NCBI GenBank assembly: GCA_041494705.1
Contig: JBGQBI010000002.1
Span: 300,001 to 332,000, forward strand
Reading direction: 5' to 3'
Length of the DNA stretch: 32,000 nucleotides
From: Candidatus Methanoperedens sp.
GTDB lineage: Archaea; Halobacteriota; Methanosarcinia; Methanosarcinales; Methanoperedenaceae
Made by a program: the position numbers and the translations under genes. Shown piece after piece: positions 18,153-28,589 of this stretch (position 1 is the first letter of the stretch; each line of letters opens with the position of its first letter). Below the pieces are notes generated by a model. The model was not told the origin of the DNA. It made no database searches and was given only the letters and a program-made list of their open reading frames with translations.

Positions 18153-18190
18153 GTCGCCTAACCGCGGACATACGGCGTTCATCTGCGATT
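18153..18190. repeat. Right inverted-repeat region flanking the HEPN-like gene
   Basis: GTCGCCTAAC (18153-18162) is the exact reverse complement of 17374-17383. GCGTTCATCTGCGATT (18175-18190) matches the reverse complement of 17302-17317 at 14 of 16 positions. It ends 2 nt before the aor stop codon. Confidence 0.7.
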
Positions 18191-18191
18191 T

Positions 18192-19907
18192 TTAGAGGAG
18201 ACCCAGTTCTTTTAACGTCTCTCTCATCGGCAACCCGTTCTCATCCCATCCCCTGAGTTGATAATACTCATCCAGCGCCTTCTCAAACTCCGCTCTATCG
18301 AGCCCGCCGCTCTCAAAGAACCTCTCAGGGAGGGTATCATCCTTTCGTGAAAAACCTGCCCCGATATTAAACAGCCGCTCAAGATTCCATATCCTCTCGC
18401 CGCATTTGCGGAACTCCTCGGTAGAATAATCCACACCTGTTGCCGCGCCGAGCATCTTCGCAAACTCCACTTCCGATATCGAAAACGAAGAGAAAATGCA
18501 CAGCACAAGCGAATCAAGGGCTGCCGTCCCATTCTGGAATGCCTGCACAAGCCCTGCCTTTCCCGAAAAAGTCTTTGGTTCGACCTTCATGGGCTTTCCC
18601 AGGACCTCAGGCGCTATCATGTAGGCGCGCAGGTGGCATCCTCCGCGGTTTGAAGTGGCGTAGGCAAGCGCCATCCCGAAGACACCTCGCGGGTCATAAC
18701 CCGGAAGCTCAAGTCCCTTTACCTGCATCCCGACATCTTTTCTGTGCGATTTTGAAAGAGCCTTTGAACCCCTGCCGAGTTCCTCCCCGACCCCTTCTTT
18801 TTCGCCTATTTTTTCAACAAGCCCTGATAATTCTTTTATGTCCCCGCCCATAATCTCAGCATAAGCTGCAATCGTCGAGCCTGAGGATATGGTATCCATG
18901 CCGTAGTCGTTGCAGAGGCGGTTGATTTTGATAATTGCATCAATATCCGTGTTGTTATTATCAGGCCCGTATGCCCAGAGGGTCTCGTATTCCGGGACCT
19001 CATGCCCCTCAAATGCGCCGCTTTTTATAATGTGCTTGCATGCGATTGTGCAGTTATAGCAGGCATGACCTTTAATGTCATAATTTTCTTTGATGAATTC
19101 ACCTGAAACTTTATCCATACCTGCAAACCCGCTTTTCCTGAAATTCTGTGCAGGCAGGAGCTTCATATAGTTCAGGAGGTTTGCCATTGCTGAAGTCCCG
19201 TACGTTGAAAGTCCTTTCGATGCGCCGGCACCTTCTTTCATGAGCCTGCCGGCTTCTGCCCGCGCTTTCCCAAACGCTTCCTCATCTGCAATAGCGGGTT
19301 TCTTGCCGCCTTTTACCACAATCGCTTTGAGTTTCTTAGAACCCATGACCGCCCCAAGCCCTCCCCGCCCGCAGGCATGGAAATAGTCGTTCATGACACT
19401 GGCTATGGGAACAAGCCTCTCGCCTGCGCGCCCGATGCATGCCACACGCCCCCGCGATGACAGCATATCCGTGCATTTCCTCACGTTTTTTCCCCATAGT
19501 TCTTTAGCATTGAGTATCTCTATATTATCATTTTCGATGGAAACGTAAACAGGCTCCGGAGCCGCGCCTTTTATGATTAGCGCATCAATCCCTGCGAACT
19601 TCAGTTCTTTCCCGAAAAACCCGCCGCTGCTTGAATCTAATATTGTTCCGGTGAGAGGGGATTTTGAAACCATCACATGCCTGCCGGACAACGGCGCAAG
19701 CGTCCCGGTAAGCGGACCGGTTGTGAATACCAGGAGATTTTCAGGGCTCAGCGGGTCGATATTCGGGTCAGTATTATCGGAATATAGTTTTACTCCAAGT
19801 CCCCGTCCCCCGATAAAGGAGCGAAGAATATTGGAATCGGTCTTCGTTTCCCTGATTTTGCAGCCTGTTAAATCAATAGTAACGGTTTTTCCGGTCCAAC
19901 CATGCAT
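18192..19907 (-). CDS. aor: Tungsten-containing aldehyde:ferredoxin oxidoreductase (AOR family)
   Basis: 571-aa ORF. MHGWTGKTVTIDLT N-terminus, GGRGLG, the [4Fe-4S] ligand motif C-x2-C-x3-C (CYNCTIAC) plus GGCHLRA, and pterin-binding segments. Confidence 0.9.
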   Translation of the reverse strand: MHGWTGKTVTIDLTGCKIRETKTDSNILRSFIGGRGLGVKLYSDNTDPNIDPLSPENLLVFTTGPLTGTLAPLSGRHVMVSKSPLTGTILDSSSGGFFGKELKFAGIDALIIKGAAPEPVYVSIENDNIEILNAKELWGKNVRKCTDMLSSRGRVACIGRAGERLVPIASVMNDYFHACGRGGLGAVMGSKKLKAIVVKGGKKPAIADEEAFGKARAEAGRLMKEGAGASKGLSTYGTSAMANLLNYMKLLPAQNFRKSGFAGMDKVSGEFIKENYDIKGHACYNCTIACKHIIKSGAFEGHEVPEYETLWAYGPDNNNTDIDAIIKINRLCNDYGMDTISSGSTIAAYAEIMGGDIKELSGLVEKIGEKEGVGEELGRGSKALSKSHRKDVGMQVKGLELPGYDPRGVFGMALAYATSNRGGCHLRAYMIAPEVLGKPMKVEPKTFSGKAGLVQAFQNGTAALDSLVLCIFSSFSISEVEFAKMLGAATGVDYSTEEFRKCGERIWNLERLFNIGAGFSRKDDTLPERFFESGGLDRAEFEKALDEYYQLRGWDENGLPMRETLKELGLL

Positions 19908-20047
19908 ATGATTAAGAACAAGGTTTTTTGTATTAAATATATGGATTGGATTTCAATTATCACCTTTAGCAATTCTTAAATATCTCACCGCATATTTGAA
20001 CTGAAAGTCGAATTCATCAGGTATCTTGAAATTTCAAAGAGGATCCA

Positions 20048-21187
20048 ATGCACAGCATGAAACATAATTACTGGGAAGGTAAACCAATATCTCCCATCCC
20101 TCTTTCTGATAGCATGACGATTACTCAACTGGTTGATGAGGTCTTTGATGGCATGGGTTATAATGCAAAACGGCTGGCTGAAGCATGCCATCTTTTCAAG
20201 ACCATGATAGACGATAACTCAACTGTATGCCTGACGCTTGCAGGAGCCATGACTCCCGTGGGACTGGGCGGCGGCATTATCAAAATGATAGAGAAGGGCT
20301 TTATCGACTGGATTGTCACAACCGGCGCAAACACGTATCATGACCTTCATTTTGCATACAAACTACCCGTGCACCAGGGGGATTATACAGCGGACGATAA
20401 CGAACTGGCGGAGCACGACGTGGTACGCATCTATGATGTGTATATCGATATGCAGCGCACGCTAATAGCCCAGGATAAGATAATCCAGGCGCTTACCATG
20501 GAAGCGGTAAAAAGGAAGAAGTTCCCTGAAAAATTCTCAACCGCATATTATCATAAAATTCTTGGCGATGGGGTGCTTGAGACTTCAAACGCTCCTGAAC
20601 GCTCATTCATCGCTTCCGCTTCAAAACATGATGTCCCTGTCTTTGTTCCCAGTTTTGCTGACTCATCAGTCGGGATGGGGACAAGTTACCTTCCAATCAT
20701 GGCAAATGCAGGTTCAACGTCAGGGCAACTTGACCCGAAAACTTTCATAGACCCGAGCCCCACGATGGACGTGCTTGAAAGCGCCGCCATCGTTCACAAT
20801 AGCATGCTAAACGATATTCCCCGCGGCGTGCTTGAAGTGGGAGGCGGCGTGCCCAAGAATTTCCTTCAGCAAACAGGTCCCATGATTTCACAGATTATAG
20901 GGATGGAGTGCCCTGGTGAGAACTATGTAGTGCAGGTGACTGTTGACCGCCCTGATGTGGGAGGACTTTCAGGCGCCACGATAAATGAAGGCAAGTCGTG
21001 GGGAAAGATACCAAAAGCAGGAGAAGGGAATGTAATCCCGTATATTGATGCGACGGTCGGCATCCCGATAATTTTTGCGTATGCGCTTGAGAACTGCAAG
21101 CCAAGGAAGCCCAGGAAGCTGGGCAATAAGCTGCCCGGGATAACCCGGGAATTGATAGAAGCTGCGAAGAAAAATGTTGGAAAATAG
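20048..21187 (+). CDS. dys: Deoxyhypusine synthase (family member, somewhat long at 379 aa)
   Basis: LTLAGAMTPVGLGG, WIVTTGAN, VRIYDVYI, VPVFVPSFADSS, GGGVPKNF, and the catalytic-lysine segment NEGKSWGKI. Confidence 0.82.
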   Translation: MHSMKHNYWEGKPISPIPLSDSMTITQLVDEVFDGMGYNAKRLAEACHLFKTMIDDNSTVCLTLAGAMTPVGLGGGIIKMIEKGFIDWIVTTGANTYHDLHFAYKLPVHQGDYTADDNELAEHDVVRIYDVYIDMQRTLIAQDKIIQALTMEAVKRKKFPEKFSTAYYHKILGDGVLETSNAPERSFIASASKHDVPVFVPSFADSSVGMGTSYLPIMANAGSTSGQLDPKTFIDPSPTMDVLESAAIVHNSMLNDIPRGVLEVGGGVPKNFLQQTGPMISQIIGMECPGENYVVQVTVDRPDVGGLSGATINEGKSWGKIPKAGEGNVIPYIDATVGIPIIFAYALENCKPRKPRKLGNKLPGITRELIEAAKKNVGK

Positions 21188-21234
21188 TATGCCAATTCAG
21201 CACTTCGGCATAATCGCATTTCTTTCAATTGAAT

Positions 21235-22266
21235 TCATCTTTTAATTTCAATATACGAGCCCGTCTCCCTGGACTCAAATGACACGTTCCGGGAACCGCA
21301 TCTTACGCAGACCGCCGAGCCAATCAGTCCTTTATTCTCCCCGAATATCCCCACTGCATAGTGCTCCACGCCGTATTTCTCTTTCATCGTTTTATCAAGC
21401 CATTCTTCCTCTTTCCTGGTTTCAGGGCATCTTGATAACAAAAAAAACCTTTCTTTGAATTCCACATCATTTTCGCAATCCAGGCATTCTCCCGGTCCAA
21501 AACTTTTCAACGATTCTTCCATTTCCTTTAAGCCGCGAAGCTCTTTGCGGGATATTTCCTTTATCTCGATCGGTTTTTCCTCTTTGATTTCGTCTATTTT
21601 CTGCGAAGCCACAAGCGCTTTTCTTCCTTCATCATGACGTTTTTCAAGAAGGCAAATCTCACCGCATACGCGAAGTATCTCTTTAGCCGGGGTTTTATTG
21701 GCTAATTTGTAAGCTTCCAATCCTGGAGTGGTCTGCCCCATATTGAAACATTTGTTGCCGCAGACAATGAGTTCTTCCTCAGGCGGCGTTTTATTAGCCA
21801 ATTTGTAAGCTTCAAGACCGGAATAGAACTGTCCTTCTTTAAAACATACGCTGCCGCATGCGATAAGTTCTTCAACCGGCGGATTCTCTTTAATGAGCTT
21901 GTAGGCTTCAAGACCGGCATTAAGTTTCCCTTTTAAAAAGCACTGCCTTCCGATTATGATAATTTTCTCCCTTGGAAGCGGAATGCCAATAATCCTGGAA
22001 GCCTCATTCGCAGAATATATCCGCCCGTCGTCAAGATATTTATTGATGTATTTGATAAGCACTTCTTTTGGAAGTTCGATCCCGGCTGCTTTTGAACCTT
22101 CGATAGCTTTGGAAACCCATCCATTTTCAAGATATTTGTAAATGTAATTTTTGAGTTCCTCTTTTGAAAGCTCCACTTTGGCGATTTCGGAGGTTTCGAT
22201 GGCTTCGGACATCCGCCCGGCATCAAGGCATTTTTTAATGTATGAAAGAATCTTTTCGTCCGTCAT
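21235..22266 (-). CDS. Hypothetical protein with seven tandem 32-aa repeats and a C-terminal CxxC...CxxC zinc-ribbon domain
   Basis: 343-aa ORF. Residues 7-222 form a 32-residue periodic array with approximate consensus x-C/Y-L/F-x2-G-x4-A/G-I/L-E-x-Y/S-K...P-x-EEL. The C-terminus has CLDC ... CVRCGS. I recognise no known family. Confidence 0.65.
   Translation of the reverse strand: MTDEKILSYIKKCLDAGRMSEAIETSEIAKVELSKEELKNYIYKYLENGWVSKAIEGSKAAGIELPKEVLIKYINKYLDDGRIYSANEASRIIGIPLPREKIIIIGRQCFLKGKLNAGLEAYKLIKENPPVEELIACGSVCFKEGQFYSGLEAYKLANKTPPEEELIVCGNKCFNMGQTTPGLEAYKLANKTPAKEILRVCGEICLLEKRHDEGRKALVASQKIDEIKEEKPIEIKEISRKELRGLKEMEESLKSFGPGECLDCENDVEFKERFFLLSRCPETRKEEEWLDKTMKEKYGVEHYAVGIFGENKGLIGSAVCVRCGSRNVSFESRETGSYIEIKR
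21601..22248 (-). repeat. In-frame 96-nt tandem repeats (about 7 units) inside the repeat-protein gene
   Basis: DNA-level copies are still visible. GTTTTATTGGCTAATTTGTAAGCTTC (21692-21717) versus GTTTTATTAGCCAATTTGTAAGCTTC (21788-21813). TTGTAAGCTTCAAGACCGG (21803-21821) versus TTGTAGGCTTCAAGACCGG (21899-21917). Both pairs are offset by 96 nt. Confidence 0.8.
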
Positions 22267-22316
22267 TTCTCTGGATTATCCTTTAGTAGTGGTTATAATA
22301 AATCTTCCCATGAACC

Positions 22317-22859
22317 TCAATCAGATTTACCAAATTCCTTTGCGCTCTCAAGCGCCCCGCATCTTGTTCCTTCCAGTGTTATGACCTTTCCTGAGATGTT
22401 GCCGTTTTCAATGTTCAATTCGATTGCGGCCGGCTCTGATAATCTCGGGGCTGTGGGGCTTCCCGGGCAGGCAAGAAGCACATCGGATTTTTCTATTAAA
22501 GGTCTATGGATATGACCGAAAATAAGCACATCAACCTCCATCTCTTTTGCCATGTACCATGCTCCGGTGGTATCCTGGATGGATAGCGCAGCCTCATGGA
22601 TTATTCCAAGCCTGAGACTATCGAGCTCTATGACTTTTCGCGCCGGCAGCAATCGCTTCAATGCCGGCTCATCCATATTCCCAAAAACAGCCTCAAGCCT
22701 GCATATACCTGAAAGTTCATCATACGCCTGTTTCGTAACAAAATCACCTGCATGGATTACAATATCAGCGTCCTTGATTAACCTGACAAGTTCAGGCTGG
22801 ATTTGCTCCAGGATAGAACCCTGTTTGATATGCGTATCCGAAATGGCAATAATCTTCAT
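22317..22859 (-). CDS. Metallophosphoesterase, YfcE/MJ0936 family
   Basis: 180-aa ORF with the calcineurin-like motifs in order: ISDTH, HAGDF, GNMD, GIIHE, GHIH, PGS. Confidence 0.85.
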   Translation of the reverse strand: MKIIAISDTHIKQGSILEQIQPELVRLIKDADIVIHAGDFVTKQAYDELSGICRLEAVFGNMDEPALKRLLPARKVIELDSLRLGIIHEAALSIQDTTGAWYMAKEMEVDVLIFGHIHRPLIEKSDVLLACPGSPTAPRLSEPAAIELNIENGNISGKVITLEGTRCGALESAKEFGKSD

Positions 22860-23662
22860 GCGTATCCGTAATCCATGTAGTTCAATTCTTTTTTAAGGCC
22901 GGCAAGCAACATCCTGTATGTATTGGTTGAAAAATCAAGCCAGCCCTTGAAATCGGAATTTAATTTTTTCCCGATGGCATCTTCCTTGTCGGTCTTGCTA
23001 CTTTCAGTGTATTGTTTGAAGTCTTGTATGTTTAGTTCCATATACCAGTAAAGTGCGGTTTCCGCAAAGGGTTTCGGTATAAGCGGGGAATGCCTGGAAA
23101 TCTTAAGCATGAGTTCATTTTCCAGGGCAAGCTCATCCGGCGTTATACCAGACCTTTCAATCGCCTTATGAAGCGTCTCTTTGCTTATTTTCCTTTTTTC
23201 CCCTGGAGAGAATTTCCGTATGCCGCTTCTCATATTTTCCTCGTATATCTCTTTTTGCAGCAATTCATGAAAAAGCGCATATTTTATCATGGTTTCGCTT
23301 GCTTCTTTTAAATACTCGGTGTTGAAAGTTATTATCGAATACCATGAACCGAGGTAATAGCGCCTGTTCATAGCAAGCGCGTAATCAAAAACGCCTGGTA
23401 TGGGCGCAAAGATGCTTTGCGAGAACACAACCGCTTCGGTTGAAAGAAGCAGGATATTCGGGGGCGCAAGCTTCCTGACCGCATCAAGACCAACTGTTCC
23501 GTAAACTGATTCGGGTTTTTCCAGATACTGCTCGCTGCGGGTGATTATGCTTTTCACTTCTTCGGGCTTTAACTGGTTCAATGCAAAAGCTACATCCTTA
23601 GCTGCGGATTTTATCCACAGCGTGTATTCTTCCTCGAACTTTTCTTTTGAAAGCTTCTGCAT
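22856..23662 (-). CDS. Hypothetical protein (268 aa), translationally coupled to the downstream phosphoesterase gene
   Basis: Long ORF with ordinary amino-acid composition. Its TGA overlaps the ATG of the next gene (ATGA at 22856-22859). It contains FHELLQ, an HExxH-like motif that is not canonical. No family recognised. Confidence 0.6.
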   Translation of the reverse strand: MQKLSKEKFEEEYTLWIKSAAKDVAFALNQLKPEEVKSIITRSEQYLEKPESVYGTVGLDAVRKLAPPNILLLSTEAVVFSQSIFAPIPGVFDYALAMNRRYYLGSWYSIITFNTEYLKEASETMIKYALFHELLQKEIYEENMRSGIRKFSPGEKRKISKETLHKAIERSGITPDELALENELMLKISRHSPLIPKPFAETALYWYMELNIQDFKQYTESSKTDKEDAIGKKLNSDFKGWLDFSTNTYRMLLAGLKKELNYMDYGYA

Positions 23663-23801
23663 ACCTGATTAATCGTAACCGGGCAATAAATAGTTAGTGG
23701 GCGCATGCATGGTCGAATTTTAACCCAACGCTGCACTTACCTATATTCATATAGTGATATTTTCATAACCCTTATCACAGATTAACGATATTTATCGCTG
23801 T

Positions 23802-24476
23802 ATGGTGTGCATAGGCGGTCTTGAACTTGAAAAGTCAATAGTGGCGGTTATTGGAAACAATCCTCTTAATTGCGCCAAAAAAGCAAAAAAACTCGGCGCG
23901 GATATATTGGAGGTAAGGATAGATCTCCTTGATATGGATGCACGCACGGTGATTTCAAAAATAAAGAAGCTTGATTTGCCTGTAATCATTACAAACCGGA
24001 TGAAGCAGGAAGGCGGGGCGTGGGAAGGGAGCGAAGATGAGCGAATACAGACACTGTTATCCTTGCTCCATCTGGCAGATGCCGTTGATATCGAGTTATG
24101 CGCTCCCGAATGCGATGCCGTAGTTAAAAAAGCAAGAACCGAAGGAAAAACGGTCATCATCTCCACCCATGATTTCCAGAATACGCCTGAACCCGATGTC
24201 ATGGCCGGTATAATCAACGAATCATTTGAAGCCGGCGCAGATATTGCTAAACTTGCAGTTATGCCGCAGACGCTTCTGGATGTTCTCCACCTGCTTGAGG
24301 TTACTTTACACTCAGGTGGGAAAGTATGTACTATCGCCATGGGCAATATTGGCAGGCATTCGCGTGTTGTTGCCCCGATTTACGGCTCAGTCATGACCTA
24401 TGGGTATGTGGATAAACCCACGGCTCCGGGACAATTGAGAGTGGATGAATTAAAATCCATTTTGAAATTGCTCTGA
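23802..24476 (+). CDS. aroD: 3-dehydroquinate dehydratase, type I
   Basis: 224-aa ORF. GADILEVRIDLL, VIITNR, DIEL, IISTHDF, and the Schiff-base lysine segment GADIAKLAVMP. Confidence 0.85.
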   Translation: MVCIGGLELEKSIVAVIGNNPLNCAKKAKKLGADILEVRIDLLDMDARTVISKIKKLDLPVIITNRMKQEGGAWEGSEDERIQTLLSLLHLADAVDIELCAPECDAVVKKARTEGKTVIISTHDFQNTPEPDVMAGIINESFEAGADIAKLAVMPQTLLDVLHLLEVTLHSGGKVCTIAMGNIGRHSRVVAPIYGSVMTYGYVDKPTAPGQLRVDELKSILKLL

Positions 24477-24492
24477 GCCGGGAATTATTTAA

Positions 24493-24555
24493 CTTTGCGC
24501 CCTTGGCGTCTTTGCGGTGCATGATTTCCACCGCAGAGACGCAAAGTACGCAAAG
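24493..24555. repeat. Long imperfect palindrome (27-bp arms, 9-nt loop) between aroD and the FrhB-family gene
   Basis: Left arm CTTTGCGCCCTTGGCGTCTTTGCGGTG (24493-24519). The reverse complement of the right arm (24529-24555) is CTTTGCGTACTTTGCGTCTCTGCGGTG. 23 of 27 positions match. Confidence 0.75.
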
Positions 24556-24609
24556 AATTTGCTTACCATTACAGAAATCATTTTAACCTTCCGAATTAAG
24601 ATTAATATA

Positions 24610-25785
24610 ATGGCAATCGACCCAATCTGCAAGAAAATCGTTGACGAAACTACACCATTCAAATCCACCTACAAAAACAAAGAGTACTATTTCTGCTCCG
24701 AGGAGTGCAAAAAGAAATTCGACGAGCTTGACAAAAGCGTAATCCGCGTCCGGCGCTCCCTGAAGGACAAGGAAAGGATATCATTCGGAAAGTTAAAGCG
24801 CGAAATCATCGAACCCGGCATCTGTACCCTTTGCGGCGCCTGCGTGGCAAGCTGCGAGGTATTATCTGTTGTGAACGGCAAGCCAACTCTCAAAGGGCCG
24901 TGCACCGCATGCGGCGTGTGCTACAACCAGTGCCCCCGCACCATAACCACCGAGTCAAGCCTTATCGGAAGCGTGCGCGATGTCTTTACTGCAAGAACCT
25001 TACTTCCGGAGGTGAAAGGGCAGGACGGGGGAGTTGTGACCTCGATGCTGTTGTACGCGCTGGAAGAAGGCTTGATTGACAGCGCCGTGGTGACCGTGAA
25101 AAGCGATGAAGAGCCGTGGAAGCCCGTGCCGATAGTGGCGCAGACAAGGGAAGATATACTGCGCTCGGCAGGCTCGATATACGTCCATTCATTGACCATG
25201 GAATCGCTGATGAGCGCAATAAAAAGAGGCTCACGCTCCATAGCTTTTGTTGGCCCGTCATGTAACATCGACGCAGTTCATAAGATGCAAAATTCCCCGT
25301 ACGGGTTATTGCATATGTTCATGAGGGCGAATATACTGAAACTTGGACTGTTCTGCATGGACACTTTTTATTACGAGGGAGTGAAATCCTTCCTCGAATC
25401 AAAAAATATCCCGCTTTCAGCCGTAACGGAAATGAAGATTCGGAAAGGAAAATTCATGGTGAAAACAGATTCAGAGCATATTTTCCCTCTGAACGACATC
25501 GATGCCATCCGGAGCGGCTCATGCACGGTATGCACGGATTTAACAGCAGAGAAATCAGACCTTTCTTTCGGGAGCGTAGGGTCAAACGAAGGTTACACTA
25601 CAGTACTTGCAAGGACAGGCCTTGGCTTAGAGCTTTTCAAGGATGCAGCGGACAGGGGATATATTAAGACCGAGCCGCTTGAACGGGCTGGTCTTGAGCG
25701 GGTTCTGCACCAGGCAAAAGCCAAGAAAGTGCAGATGTATATGATAAAGAAGAGAATTGAAACCGGGGCTGTGGGGCAAAAATAA
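24610..25785 (+). CDS. FrhB/FpoF-family F420-binding protein with N-terminal YHS domain and 2x[4Fe-4S] ferredoxin domain
   Basis: The ORF is open from 24517, but that extension covers the palindrome. The ATG at 24610 gives MAIDPICKKIVDETT...YYFCSEECKKKF (YHS/TRASH-like). This is followed by CTLCGACVASC and CTACGVCYNQCP, then FrhB motifs GQDGGVVTSMLLYALEEGLIDSAVV, GPSCNIDA, CTDLTAEKSDLSFGSVG. Confidence 0.75.
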   Translation: MAIDPICKKIVDETTPFKSTYKNKEYYFCSEECKKKFDELDKSVIRVRRSLKDKERISFGKLKREIIEPGICTLCGACVASCEVLSVVNGKPTLKGPCTACGVCYNQCPRTITTESSLIGSVRDVFTARTLLPEVKGQDGGVVTSMLLYALEEGLIDSAVVTVKSDEEPWKPVPIVAQTREDILRSAGSIYVHSLTMESLMSAIKRGSRSIAFVGPSCNIDAVHKMQNSPYGLLHMFMRANILKLGLFCMDTFYYEGVKSFLESKNIPLSAVTEMKIRKGKFMVKTDSEHIFPLNDIDAIRSGSCTVCTDLTAEKSDLSFGSVGSNEGYTTVLARTGLGLELFKDAADRGYIKTEPLERAGLERVLHQAKAKKVQMYMIKKRIETGAVGQK

Positions 25786-28101
<2,316 letters not shown>

Positions 28102-28103
28102 AA

Positions 28104-28553
28104 ATGAAAAAAAGAACGGATTTTGATGAATTCCTGAAACAATTGGAAGACGCTCTGGATAACATCATGCAGGAAATCGATGAATCAGATATTCCTGAAA
28201 ATAAACCTGTAAATATCAATATTTCGATTAACCTGTTTCCGCTTATGATTCCAGGCGATGGGGAAATTGGGTTCCAAAAGCCCCCGAAAACGCCCGTGGA
28301 TATACTCGAAACCGATGAAAAAGTCCATGCGATAATCGGGATTCCAGGAATGGAACTGAAGAATGTTAAACTTACAGGTTCAGGAAGGCTGCTTGAAATT
28401 ACTGCGAATAATCCTGAAAAAAGTGTAATAGATTCGATAGAATTACCTGCAAGAGTCAATAAAACAGGCATGAAAGCAGTATTGAAGAACGGTATCCTTG
28501 AGATTGTTTTTAATAAATCAAAAAAGGCAAGTAAGAGCGTCAAAAGTCAGTAA
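28104..28553 (+). CDS. Hsp20/alpha-crystallin-domain small heat-shock protein
   Basis: 149-aa ORF. Alpha-crystallin-domain pattern DILETDEKVHAIIGIPGM...VKLTGSGRLLEITA...IELPARV...AVLKNGILEIVF. Its ATG is 2 nt after the cdc48 stop. Confidence 0.78.
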   Translation: MKKRTDFDEFLKQLEDALDNIMQEIDESDIPENKPVNINISINLFPLMIPGDGEIGFQKPPKTPVDILETDEKVHAIIGIPGMELKNVKLTGSGRLLEITANNPEKSVIDSIELPARVNKTGMKAVLKNGILEIVFNKSKKASKSVKSQ

Positions 28554-28589
28554 AGCTTTTAATCAGTGAATTCATGTTAAGGGGGTATT

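Noticed and set aside
20026-20037. A perfect 12-bp palindrome, TTGAAATTTCAA, 10 nt upstream of the deoxyhypusine synthase start; considered as an operator.
   Set aside because: It is short and AT-only, inside an AT-rich promoter region, so it is expected by chance. No second copy was seen in the window.
23250-23290. FHELLQ in the 268-aa hypothetical protein, considered as a zinc-metalloprotease HExxH site.
   Set aside because: The second histidine is replaced by glutamine and no downstream third ligand motif is evident, so it is not called a protease. It is mentioned only as a lead in the operon finding.
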